From positions 359 to 64,358 of the forward strand of contig JACPXZ010000031.1 of NCBI GenBank assembly GCA_016196225.1: a DNA stretch of 64,000 bases. The letters run 5' to 3'. Under the pieces are notes generated by a model. That model made no database searches. It saw nothing but the letters and a program-made list of their open reading frames with translations, and was not told where the DNA came from. Position numbers and translations under genes: made by a program. Shown here in pieces: positions 18,121 to 27,089 of this stretch. The stretch's first letter is position 1, and each line of letters opens with the position of its first letter. The stretch is from Candidatus Peregrinibacteria bacterium. Its GTDB lineage: Bacteria; Patescibacteriota; Gracilibacteria; Peribacterales; Peribacteraceae.

Positions 18121-18900
18121 ATGCACAGACCATGGCAAGAGATGCTCCTTCAAGCGGTGCAGGAGTTCGCAAGTGATTACCTCGAACTCCTGGACAGGGA
18201 TCCAATCGTCACGAGGGAACAGCTCGAGGAGGCCGCCCAATGTTTTGTGGGAGACCACCCGAGTCTGGAGATCAAGGATCTCCAGGACTTCCAGTACGAT
18301 CCGAACCCGGTGTTCTACCGGGCACTGCTCGACGTCCTCCAACGCTGTCCGACGCTGGACATTCGACATCAAGCCAGCGTGGCGTACTGTGGTTGGAGAC
18401 GTCGACATACGGACCCGCGCAGTGTCCTCCCGACCCTCTCTCTCCTGGTACGAAACACGGCTGTTTCTCCGGGGACCCGGTCGACCGCAGCGTACGAACT
18501 TGCCCAGGCGGAGAGGACCCTCGGCCACAATGGCAAGGCCATCGAATGGCTGCTGACCAGTACGGCGGCTGCGGAGGAAGCGGGTAACCGTCTCCAAAGA
18601 CTCATGAACCAGGCCGTCGCTGCCTCATGGGAAGCGGAAACGAGTCCCAAGTCCGCAGAACCCACGATCCGGGATCTCCGTGCACAGTTCGTTCTGCTCG
18701 CCGAGGACAAAACCTCGCCGGACCGCGAGACTGCTCGGCGGTGGGTGATGAACACCACCTACCATCTCGCAAAGATCGCGGCAGGAACCGGGGACGAGGA
18801 CGAACTCGAGGAACATCTGGGACTCCTGGAACAACCGGAGTACCGCGAGCTCAACTGGATCACGGAAGATCAACTGACGGAACTCCGTGCCGCTCTCTAA
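18121..18900 (+). CDS. hypothetical protein (orphan, GC-rich, predicted all-alpha)
   Basis: This is the longest ORF in a stop-poor GC-rich patch. ATG 18121 is preceded by GAGGA at a 7-nt spacing, and ATG 18052 is the alternative start. I recognise no family. Confidence 0.5.
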   Translation: MHRPWQEMLLQAVQEFASDYLELLDRDPIVTREQLEEAAQCFVGDHPSLEIKDLQDFQYDPNPVFYRALLDVLQRCPTLDIRHQASVAYCGWRRRHTDPRSVLPTLSLLVRNTAVSPGTRSTAAYELAQAERTLGHNGKAIEWLLTSTAAAEEAGNRLQRLMNQAVAASWEAETSPKSAEPTIRDLRAQFVLLAEDKTSPDRETARRWVMNTTYHLAKIAAGTGDEDELEEHLGLLEQPEYRELNWITEDQLTELRAAL

Positions 18901-18920
18901 CAAACCCGAAAGAGCAACCC

Positions 18921-18952
18921 GCCCCGATGTAGCAATGCATCGGGGCATTTTT
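18921..18952 (+). terminator. intrinsic terminator
   Basis: GCCCCGATG (18921-18929) pairs with CATCGGGGC (18938-18946), followed by ATTTTT. Confidence 0.65.
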
Positions 18953-18957
18953 AATAT

Positions 18958-20766
18958 CTAAAACTTCTGCTCCTGCCACAGTCCAAAAAACACCCCCTTC
19001 TTTGCAAGGAGTGCATCCAGTGTCCCCTCTTCTGCTTTGTGCCCTTTATCTAAAACGACAATCTTATCCGCATGTTTGATCGTGGACAGACGATGAGCAA
19101 TGACAACCGCCGTTCTATCTCGCGTCGCTTCGTCGATCGCTTCCTGGATCAGCTTTTCCGTCCGGGAATCGAGCGAACTCGTCGCCTCATCCAAAATCAG
19201 AATTTCTGCTTTTTTCAGCAAGGCGCGAGCAATCGAGACCCGTTGTTTTTCACCTCCCGAGAGTTGTACTCCGCGATCGCCGATCAGCGTATCCAATCCC
19301 AGAGGGAGCTTCCCGATGAATTCCTGCAGGCGCGCGCGGCGAACGGCGCTCCAAAGTTCTTCTTCGGCAATGCCATCCAATCCATACGTCATATTATGCC
19401 GGAGCGTCTCGTTGAGGAGCATGGTGTCCTGACTCACGAGCGCCATCTTCTCCATAAGAGAGCCGATGGAGAACGACCGGATATCCGTCCCATCGATCAG
19501 GAGTTCACCGGGTTTGCAGTCGTAATACCGCATAATGAGGTTAATCAGCGTGGTTTTCCCCGCGCCGGTCGGGCCCACGATGGCTGTCATGTTCCCCTTT
19601 GAGATCGCAAATGAGACTCCGGTGAGCACATGACGTTCTCCCGGATACGAAAAGCTCAAATCCCGAAATTCGATTGTATCCTTAAGGCCGGTAAACGCGC
19701 GTTTGCCGCTCTCCACAAAATTTTTGTCACTATCGTCAAAGACCGCCCATACTTCGCGTGCCGGGCCTTCCGAAACCGCCAATGTGACGCGGAACCCGGT
19801 GAGCGCCCCGAACTTGGCCGACGCGTTCAGAACAAGATAAAAGTAGACGATGAACGATGGCGCGGCGGCGGCATCCTGTCGGACCATCAGGTACAACATT
19901 CCTGCAAAAAGGATGGCGGCGGAGAGGAGTGTGACGATCTCCTGGAACGGGAGAATAAACTGTTCCACGGCATTGACGCGGAAATCCAACATCGCTTTTT
20001 TGTTGCTCAAAGCGGTATAACGGGCTTGCTCGATGAACTGTGTATTGGATGCTTTGACCAAAGGAATGAGAGAGAGGGTCTCAATGGTCCTTTTGCTTAA
20101 TTCTTTACTCCGCTCCGCGATCGATCGGGACAATCCCTGCAAACGAGCGATCAGTGTGCGAACACAAACATGCAGAACCGCAAACAACGGCAATGCGAAT
20201 GCCGTCAGCTGCCACGAAATAGCGGACATAACCACCAGATATACAATGAGCGCAAAAAACGCATTGATGTACTTGGTACACTGCATGACAGGATGCAAGG
20301 CTCTATAACTAAAATCCGAAAGGACCGTCGCGTGGTGTCCGATACTCGTCCGGTCAAAAAATAATTTTCCAAACGTGAGATAACGATTAAAGAGAGTTTT
20401 GCGAAGATGATGAAACGATCTGTCCGCAAAAAAATACATGCTCACGACCGACAGATACTTCAAAACATTCTTGAACAGTGTCGCGACAATAAAAATAACA
20501 AGCAGGACGGCAAAAAGCGACCGGTCTGTCGTTGTCCACTGGATTGGAAAATAGGTGAGGACTGTGCCAAGAACGGGAACTTCTTTGATAAAACTGAAAT
20601 CTTTCGATAAAAAACCATTTATGAGAGGGATAAGCAATCCCACACTCACTCCTTCAAACACGGCACTGACAATGGAAAGAGAAATCGGGATACCAAGATA
20701 TGCCGGGTGAACATTCACCAACTTTAAAAGCCGAAAAATCCGTTTGATGATGGTAAAATCCTGCAC
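18958..20766 (-). CDS. ABC transporter, fused permease/ATPase (MsbA-like exporter)
   Basis: Six-TM N-terminal half, Walker A GPTGAGKTT, signature LSGGEKQR and Walker B ILILDEATS. The start is set to GTG 20766 (VQDFTIIKRIFRLLK) to avoid overlap with the divergent GT4 gene. Confidence 0.9.
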   Translation of the reverse strand: MQDFTIIKRIFRLLKLVNVHPAYLGIPISLSIVSAVFEGVSVGLLIPLINGFLSKDFSFIKEVPVLGTVLTYFPIQWTTTDRSLFAVLLVIFIVATLFKNVLKYLSVVSMYFFADRSFHHLRKTLFNRYLTFGKLFFDRTSIGHHATVLSDFSYRALHPVMQCTKYINAFFALIVYLVVMSAISWQLTAFALPLFAVLHVCVRTLIARLQGLSRSIAERSKELSKRTIETLSLIPLVKASNTQFIEQARYTALSNKKAMLDFRVNAVEQFILPFQEIVTLLSAAILFAGMLYLMVRQDAAAAPSFIVYFYLVLNASAKFGALTGFRVTLAVSEGPAREVWAVFDDSDKNFVESGKRAFTGLKDTIEFRDLSFSYPGERHVLTGVSFAISKGNMTAIVGPTGAGKTTLINLIMRYYDCKPGELLIDGTDIRSFSIGSLMEKMALVSQDTMLLNETLRHNMTYGLDGIAEEELWSAVRRARLQEFIGKLPLGLDTLIGDRGVQLSGGEKQRVSIARALLKKAEILILDEATSSLDSRTEKLIQEAIDEATRDRTAVVIAHRLSTIKHADKIVVLDKGHKAEEGTLDALLAKKGVFFGLWQEQKF

Positions 20767-20784
20767 GGAGTTACTATACCAGCA

Positions 20785-22002
20785 ATGCGTATCCTCGTCC
20801 TCAATGACGACCTGACCGGAAGTCCCGCAAATTGCGCCCAAATGCTGAATTGTGGCTTTGAACGCATGGGACACGAAGTCACCATGCTGACCTCCCATCG
20901 GAGAGAGAAGTCTCCGGAAATCCTCCGAAAAAAAGGGTTGGTGAGCCTCCCGATCTCTTACCGAGAGTCCTTGCGTCATTACCATTGTCTGTTTTCACCC
21001 TCCGTTTCGTCCATGATCAAAAAAGAGATGGAACGGATAAAACCGAACATTGTCCACGCCCATAATCTCCACCGTTATCTTACATACGACGCTCTGCGCG
21101 TTGCCTGTGAGTACACACCAAACGTCTTCATCACTCTGCATGATGTCTTTAGTTTCGCGTTCCACCGCCTCAACACGCGGAAGTATCTGGATTCAAACGG
21201 GAAGGATGTGAGTTTACGCTTTACCGATCATTGGAAAATGACCGGACTAACATTCAATCCACTACGAAACCTACTGATCCGATCGGCTCTTCGCAAGAAC
21301 GTCCGGGGTATCGTTGCCGTCAGTCACGCCCTCAAGCGCGCGCTCGACGCGCACAACATTCAGGGAATCCGCGTCATTCACAACGGGATTGATGTCCAAG
21401 ACCGGCATTGTGACGAAAGACTGGTTGATGACTTTAAAAACCGCTTCGACCTCCATAGACGCAAAATCATTCTCTTTGGCGGGCGCATCAGCCCTGACAA
21501 AGGAACAGGACCCCTTCTCGATGTCCTTACAAAGATCCGACACAACATCCCGGACGTACTTCTCCTTGTAACTGGCGACGAGAAAAGATGGCAGGAATGC
21601 GTGAAGAGAGCGGGGTATAAAGAGGATTTCTCGGACATTGTCCGATGTACCGGATGGCTGAACCAAGATCAAATGAAGTATGCATATGTTGCAGCCGATA
21701 TCGTCACCGTCCCCTCTCTCTGTCTCGATTGCTTCCCGCAAACAAATCTGGAAGCCATGGCAGCGCGCAAGCCCGTGATTGGAACAATCTTCGGCGGCAC
21801 ACCGGAGTCTGTTCTTGATCAGGTGACCGGGTTTGTTCTCGACCCTCGGGATACGGATCTCTTCGCACAAAAATTGTCTCTGCTCCTGCACGATGAAACC
21901 CTCGCGAAGAAAATGGGCGAAGCAGGGAGGAGAAGGGTGGAGGAAGAGTTTTCACTCTCAAAACAAGTGGACACGTATTTGGAACTCTTTGAAAAATCAT
22001 AA
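20785..22002 (+). CDS. GT4 family glycosyltransferase
   Basis: MRILVLNDD start, GGRISPDKG, and the E-x7-E region FPQTNLEAMAARKPVIG. Confidence 0.9.
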   Translation: MRILVLNDDLTGSPANCAQMLNCGFERMGHEVTMLTSHRREKSPEILRKKGLVSLPISYRESLRHYHCLFSPSVSSMIKKEMERIKPNIVHAHNLHRYLTYDALRVACEYTPNVFITLHDVFSFAFHRLNTRKYLDSNGKDVSLRFTDHWKMTGLTFNPLRNLLIRSALRKNVRGIVAVSHALKRALDAHNIQGIRVIHNGIDVQDRHCDERLVDDFKNRFDLHRRKIILFGGRISPDKGTGPLLDVLTKIRHNIPDVLLLVTGDEKRWQECVKRAGYKEDFSDIVRCTGWLNQDQMKYAYVAADIVTVPSLCLDCFPQTNLEAMAARKPVIGTIFGGTPESVLDQVTGFVLDPRDTDLFAQKLSLLLHDETLAKKMGEAGRRRVEEEFSLSKQVDTYLELFEKS

Positions 22003-22034
22003 TTGTCATGCTGAAAGGAAGATTCATTCTATGC

Positions 22035-22094
22035 CCCTTCGAGGCTCCTCACTACGTTCGTCGCACCTCAGGGTGACATGTATGTGTATGCTGT
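22035..22094. repeat. 60-nt direct repeat, copy A
   Basis: cccttcgaggctcctcactacgttcgtcgcacctcagggtgacatgtatgtgtatgctgt is identical to 22198-22257. Confidence 0.9.
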
Positions 22095-22120
22095 TTTTAA
22101 AACATAAAACAAACAAAAAC

Positions 22121-22172
22121 ATGTCATGCTGAGGTGCGAGTGGAGCGATAGCGAAACGAGCCTCGAAGCATC
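22121..22172. repeat. inverted, diverged arm of the same repeat
   Basis: atgtcatgctgaggtgcgag...gagcctcgaagcatcat. The ends ATGTCA..CTGAGGTGCGA and GCCTCGAAG are complementary to TCGCACCTCAG..TGACAT and CTTCGAGGC of copy B. Confidence 0.75.
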
Positions 22173-22197
22173 ATAAAAGGAATATTCATTATCATGA

Positions 22198-22257
22198 CCC
22201 TTCGAGGCTCCTCACTACGTTCGTCGCACCTCAGGGTGACATGTATGTGTATGCTGT
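22198..22257. repeat. 60-nt direct repeat, copy B
   Basis: Identical to 22035-22094. Together with 22121-22172 it forms a long imperfect hairpin. Confidence 0.9.
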
Positions 22258-22278
22258 GCATATTTTTTGAACCCCTCC

Positions 22279-23895
22279 TTATCGGAACAAATGCAATAAA
22301 TAATTCATCACCGGTGTGACTTCTGGCTTCTTTCCTGGTGGTATCTCCAAGGATGATACCGATGGATCAGCACGCAGTATCTGCCGCGTCAGTTCTTCCG
22401 GATACCGCAGTACATGCGTCACTCCATAATGATGAAACGCGTCCGAAAGTTTCCCATTGCTCAGCAGCCGTTCGATCGTCTCCTCTCTGAAAATCGTCAT
22501 ATCCCGACCGGTCATCCCTGCTACATTTTTATAATTCGTCGGTACCGCAATGAGAGATTCTTCCGGAAGTTCCTTGATAACTCCTGCGACGGCAATGCGA
22601 TCGGGGACCGTTGATCGATTATAGAGACGCGCGAGTTCCAGGCGATTCATCTGTAATAAATGCAAACTGAGAATAGCCATCAGCAAATACATAACCGGCA
22701 CGCGGGGCCAGTAACGCTCCAGATGCTGTCCCAATTGAACCACCCCGAGTGCCCCCATCAACGCCAGTACCCATCCGTATTCCATCAGGTGAATCCGTTG
22801 ATAATGGAGAACAAAACGAAGAATGAATTCTGACGTGAGGATGAGACCGATGAAAAACCAGAATACTCGCCGGTTCGATCGAAAAAGATATACGGCACCC
22901 GGCAAAATGAATAACCACATCATCACCCCCCCCACTGTTTCCACAAAGAAGAGGGCGGGAATCTGATGAACAAAAAGCCAGATTGCGTTGAACACCGAAA
23001 ACAAGAAACTTTGCTCTCCGATATCAAAAAGAATGAGCCGATTATATCCACGAATGCGATCCAAAAATGAACGGTTCTCTTGCGCCCTTCTTGCCAAAAC
23101 CGTTTCCTCATACCAGTCCTTATCAAAATCGTACGTATACTGATCCGGATAAAATTCTCCGATGGGTTTTGTTTGTTCCATCGAAAAGATCGTTGCCAAT
23201 CTCTCAAAAACGGATTTATTTGGACCAAGGGCATCCGGCAACACCGGCAACGAAACAACAACGCCGGCACACGCCAAAAAAATGAAGAGTTCGGTCATTG
23301 CCGTCTTCCATTTTTTGCGAAATGTCCAAACATACGATACTGCCATCCAGGGAATAAAGAGGACAAAAGCTTCCTTTAATCCAAGACAAATCCCAAAGAA
23401 CACGCCGGACAACATAAGAAGCCAAACCTGCCGTTGTTTGAAGAAAAACATGAGGAACGCGCCGCCGCTTAAAAATAAAAACAGGTATGACAGCGTGTAA
23501 TTGGTGAGCGTCAACGCTTGCTGAAAATAGATCGGCATCAAACCGAATATCACGATGGAACACCAAGCAACGCAGGCGCCAGACAATGTTCGCAGATTCC
23601 ACCAGAGTGCAACGACAGCGGCAGCCAGACTGATCGCACTAAAGAACGTCCATCCCAGCAGATTATCCCAGGCAATGAAGCGAGTGAGATACGCAAAAAC
23701 CATCGCGGAAAAATGACCATCGCCATAGGCAAGCACACCCGTATCAAGGTACAATCTCGCTTCATCCAGATTTGGTGAATATATCGGAAAACCCATGAAC
23801 AAAGCCGGCAACATCCAAATCCCCACCATGACCAGTGCTGCCAAAATGATGAGGATGACGGCTCGCATGCGTGCGCATAATATACCACTCTCCAT
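22279..23895 (-). CDS. polytopic GT-C-like (ArnT/PMT-like) membrane glycosyltransferase
   Basis: Many hydrophobic spans and a first-loop motif NLDEARLY (DExxY-like). The C-terminal tail is soluble. The start is ATG 23895 or 23868, because the longest ORF (23997) overlaps the divergent methyltransferase. Confidence 0.65.
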   Translation of the reverse strand: MESGILCARMRAVILIILAALVMVGIWMLPALFMGFPIYSPNLDEARLYLDTGVLAYGDGHFSAMVFAYLTRFIAWDNLLGWTFFSAISLAAAVVALWWNLRTLSGACVAWCSIVIFGLMPIYFQQALTLTNYTLSYLFLFLSGGAFLMFFFKQRQVWLLMLSGVFFGICLGLKEAFVLFIPWMAVSYVWTFRKKWKTAMTELFIFLACAGVVVSLPVLPDALGPNKSVFERLATIFSMEQTKPIGEFYPDQYTYDFDKDWYEETVLARRAQENRSFLDRIRGYNRLILFDIGEQSFLFSVFNAIWLFVHQIPALFFVETVGGVMMWLFILPGAVYLFRSNRRVFWFFIGLILTSEFILRFVLHYQRIHLMEYGWVLALMGALGVVQLGQHLERYWPRVPVMYLLMAILSLHLLQMNRLELARLYNRSTVPDRIAVAGVIKELPEESLIAVPTNYKNVAGMTGRDMTIFREETIERLLSNGKLSDAFHHYGVTHVLRYPEELTRQILRADPSVSSLEIPPGKKPEVTPVMNYLLHLFR

Positions 23896-23929
23896 TGATA
23901 AAAATAACGCATTCACTAGAGTAGTGTCG

Positions 23930-24712
23930 ATGCAAAGTTTCCTCCCTGATATCCGGCCCACACAACACCCGATACACTGCAATATCAGTGTCCGCATGAG
24001 AGAGGAACCGTGCCTTACGTTCCTGAATGCGAAACCGGGTGAAAAAGTGCTGGATGTTGGCTGCGGTCTTGGTTATTTTTTACTTCTCCTCGCAGAAAAA
24101 GGCATCGAATGCCACGGCATTGATATCAGCGAAGATTCCGTCCAGTACGTTCATGATCATATTACCCCAAACGTGAAAACCGGGAGTTGTTTTGCTATTC
24201 CCTATCCGGACAACACATTTGATAAAGTGCTCTTTTGTGAAGTGATCGAGCATGTGGAAGATGACACCAAAGCGCTCAAAGAAATTCGCAGAGTCCTCAA
24301 ACCCGGCGGTCGGATCGTCGTCTCTACCCCGGCGTATGAGGGCTGGTTCACCCGGACCTACCTCAAGCGTCTCGGACACCAGGACGGCGGCGAGCGACAT
24401 GTTCGCGACGGATATTACAAAAAAGAGCTGGCAGAAACACTGAAGCGGAGCGGATTTTGTGTCATCGGCAATCGTTTTAGTATGTTCTTACTCTCCGAGT
24501 GGATCATGGAACTGACAAAAGTCGTGTATATGCTCAGACAACGGTCATTTTCCGCACAAAGTGATCTGTTGAACGTACAAAAAACCATCCCTTTCAGAGT
24601 GCTCAATAATCTCCTGCGGATTCTGGTCCCTCTATCACGATTGGAAGACCGTCTTATGACCCCTGTGTTTCGTAGAGGACATTCTCACATTATGGCTGCA
24701 GATAAATGTTAA
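23930..24712 (+). CDS. class I SAM-dependent methyltransferase
   Basis: Motif I is VLDVGCGLGYF, followed by HGIDIS, FCEVIEHV and LKPGGRIVV. The start is uncertain (ATG 23930 or 23996). Confidence 0.8.
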   Translation: MQSFLPDIRPTQHPIHCNISVRMREEPCLTFLNAKPGEKVLDVGCGLGYFLLLLAEKGIECHGIDISEDSVQYVHDHITPNVKTGSCFAIPYPDNTFDKVLFCEVIEHVEDDTKALKEIRRVLKPGGRIVVSTPAYEGWFTRTYLKRLGHQDGGERHVRDGYYKKELAETLKRSGFCVIGNRFSMFLLSEWIMELTKVVYMLRQRSFSAQSDLLNVQKTIPFRVLNNLLRILVPLSRLEDRLMTPVFRRGHSHIMAADKC

Positions 24713-25548
24713 ACATCTACAAACTTGCCATCTTTCAACCGAAATACCTTCGCGTAATCGGTATTCTCATTTTTGTCGGCATCGTCATGAACATCGATCG
24801 ACAAAAACTTTTTGCGTCTATTCAACAGACAGACATTGTTTTTTTCGTCATTGCTCTTTGTGTTCAATACATGGTCTACGTATTGAAAATTATTCGCTGG
24901 CACGGGATGGTACGTGCCACCGCCGCAACGCCAACATTCAACGAATCATGGCATCTGTATCACATCGGTATATTTTTAGCGACGATCACGCCCGCTAAGT
25001 TGGGAGAATTTGGGAAAGCAGCATACTTAAGACAAAAAGGACTATCCATGGCAGCGAGCGTTATGCTCGTCATCATCGATCGCCTCATTGATATCTTCGC
25101 CATTGCCATCATTGCAATACCAAGCATTGGGATCCTTTTTGGCGTGCATTGGTCCATGATCATATTGACATGTTTGGTCCTCGGACTCATCCCCGTGCGT
25201 TTTATATGGAGACGTATACCATTCTCCATAGAAGGAAAAATGATTGCCCTCTCATTCCTCGCCACAACCGTAAGCTGGGCACTATATTTTCTTTGGGCGA
25301 TACTCATTGCCTACAGTGTGGATATCCATCTCCCGATCCACATTCTTATTGCCGTGTTCACCATCACGGGGATTCTCTCTCTCGTACCCATCGCTCCAGC
25401 CGGCTTGGGGACTCGCGATGCCGCTCTTATCGCCTTTTTACTCCCCTATGGCATCGCTCCGGAACAAGCGATTTCACTGGCCTTCTTCATGTTTATAAGT
25501 ATGATCTTCAACAGTATCACCGGTGGTTACTACTGGATCAAACAATGA
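24706..25548 (+). CDS. flippase-like / LPG-synthase-TM family membrane protein
   Basis: 280-aa protein with about 8 hydrophobic spans and a KIIRWHGMV motif after TM2. It overlaps the preceding gene by 7 nt. Confidence 0.65.
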   Translation: MLNIYKLAIFQPKYLRVIGILIFVGIVMNIDRQKLFASIQQTDIVFFVIALCVQYMVYVLKIIRWHGMVRATAATPTFNESWHLYHIGIFLATITPAKLGEFGKAAYLRQKGLSMAASVMLVIIDRLIDIFAIAIIAIPSIGILFGVHWSMIILTCLVLGLIPVRFIWRRIPFSIEGKMIALSFLATTVSWALYFLWAILIAYSVDIHLPIHILIAVFTITGILSLVPIAPAGLGTRDAALIAFLLPYGIAPEQAISLAFFMFISMIFNSITGGYYWIKQ

Positions 25549-26225
25549 AAACGTTCGATGAGCAGCAGGAAAAATATTGGCACGCAGGATATCAGCTTGA
25601 CCGTCGGGACCCCTCCCACCCTGTCATCCGCGCATACGCGGAACCAAAAATAGCATTCATCTGCGAAAAAATATCTTTACCGTCCGGCGCCCGCATTCTC
25701 GACGTCGGCGCCGGGAACGGCTACTTCAGCGTTCATTGGAGTAAATGGGGAGATGTTCTTGCAACGGATTATTCCGATGTCATGCTCCAAAACAATCCCG
25801 TGTATAAAAAACAGGTCATGGATGCAAGAGATCTTAAATTTCCCGATAATTCTTTTGATATGGTCTTTTGTCACGCCGTTCTGCACCACATCGACAAGGT
25901 CGACCGTCCAAGAGTCATGCGCGAGATGGCAAGAGTATCCAAAAAATATGTCGCCATGATTGAGCCCAATATTTTGAATCCCATCATCGCCGCCTTCAGT
26001 ACGCTCAAGAGAGAGGAGCATGGGGCATTGGTCTTTACTCCGCGCTATGTGCGTTCCCTCCTGACCAATGCAGATCTTCGCATCGTCGATGCCCGGACGT
26101 GGGGTCTCCTCACACCAAACCGCATGCCGTTCTCCAAACAACTACTTCCTCTCTTTCAACAATTCGAACGCCCGCTCCCCTTTGGGGTAACCAATATTGT
26201 TATCGGAGAGAAAACGAACGCGTAA
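25545..26225 (+). CDS. class I SAM-dependent methyltransferase
   Basis: ATGA overlap with the preceding gene. Contains ILDVGAGNGYFS, ATDYSDVM, FCHAVLHH. Confidence 0.85.
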   Translation: MKTFDEQQEKYWHAGYQLDRRDPSHPVIRAYAEPKIAFICEKISLPSGARILDVGAGNGYFSVHWSKWGDVLATDYSDVMLQNNPVYKKQVMDARDLKFPDNSFDMVFCHAVLHHIDKVDRPRVMREMARVSKKYVAMIEPNILNPIIAAFSTLKREEHGALVFTPRYVRSLLTNADLRIVDARTWGLLTPNRMPFSKQLLPLFQQFERPLPFGVTNIVIGEKTNA

Positions 26226-26261
26226 TGTCGATTTTTTTCTTGCAAGATTCTGCTGTCGCTT

Positions 26262-27089
26262 ATGCCCCCCATCGGTATCTCCACCGGGTGGCTCCACGCA
26301 AAAGGAATGGGTTTTGATCTTGTGGAAATGGCGAGACTATTCAAGGAGATCGGCGCCGATGGGATCGAAGTTGTTATGACACAGGATCCAACAATGCTTT
26401 CATGGCCTCAATCGCCACTATCGGAACAATTTGAATATGTCTCCGTCCATTTCCCCGATTTTGATTACATTGCCAGAGAGCGTGATCACTTATCTCCCGA
26501 GCACAAGAAGCAACTGCAGGATATGGCAAAAATCATGCAGTACCATCACGCGCAGGTTGGCGTTCTGCATCCGTCCTTTGTCCCCTTTTACCTCTACGAA
26601 ATCCTCCAGTTCCAGCATATTCCATTTGCCATCGAAAATATGGATCCGCACAAGGATATCGGCTGCAGTGTTGCGGACATTGAACATCTTATGAATATAT
26701 TCTCTGCACCTGGCATTCTCGACCTGGAGCATGCTTACCAATGTCAGAAGGGCTATCAATGCAATGGTAAAAATCTGGGAATCCAGTTTGCCGATATGAT
26801 GGCGACACCACCCCGTCGTCTCGCCCATCTTCACGTTAGTGGAGAGTCAGGACCCCACGACCATACGCTTCTTATCCACGCAGAAAATCAAAAGGAGATC
26901 CTTTCGGATTTGAACGAGATTCTCTCGAGAGCCCCTGTCCCAATCGTACTCGAAGGAGATCCTCTCCCGGATGTACCCGAAGGGAGTACTTTTTCCGAGA
27001 AAGAACGAATGCATCTCCTGCAAAAAGCTGCCGAATGTCTCACAAAGGAAATTCAATTGCTCCGTACTCAACTACACACACTAAAATGA
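26262..27089 (+). CDS. xylose-isomerase-like TIM-barrel protein (sugar phosphate isomerase/epimerase family)
   Basis: The pattern VSVHFP ... GVLHP ... FAIENMD ... ILDLEHAY ... HLHVSG ... VLEGD resembles the metal-binding strand ends of this fold. Confidence 0.5.
   Translation: MPPIGISTGWLHAKGMGFDLVEMARLFKEIGADGIEVVMTQDPTMLSWPQSPLSEQFEYVSVHFPDFDYIARERDHLSPEHKKQLQDMAKIMQYHHAQVGVLHPSFVPFYLYEILQFQHIPFAIENMDPHKDIGCSVADIEHLMNIFSAPGILDLEHAYQCQKGYQCNGKNLGIQFADMMATPPRRLAHLHVSGESGPHDHTLLIHAENQKEILSDLNEILSRAPVPIVLEGDPLPDVPEGSTFSEKERMHLLQKAAECLTKEIQLLRTQLHTLK

Noticed and set aside
18049-18948. Seven other ORFs of 100-182 aa on both strands in the GC-rich patch
   Set aside because: These are a by-product of stop-codon scarcity in GC-rich DNA. 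Only the longest plus-strand frame has a ribosome-binding site, a promoter candidate and a terminator.
22035-22257. Possible CRISPR array
   Set aside because: There are only two 60-nt copies 163 nt apart, plus an inverted diverged arm. There is no regular repeat-spacer periodicity and no cas genes.
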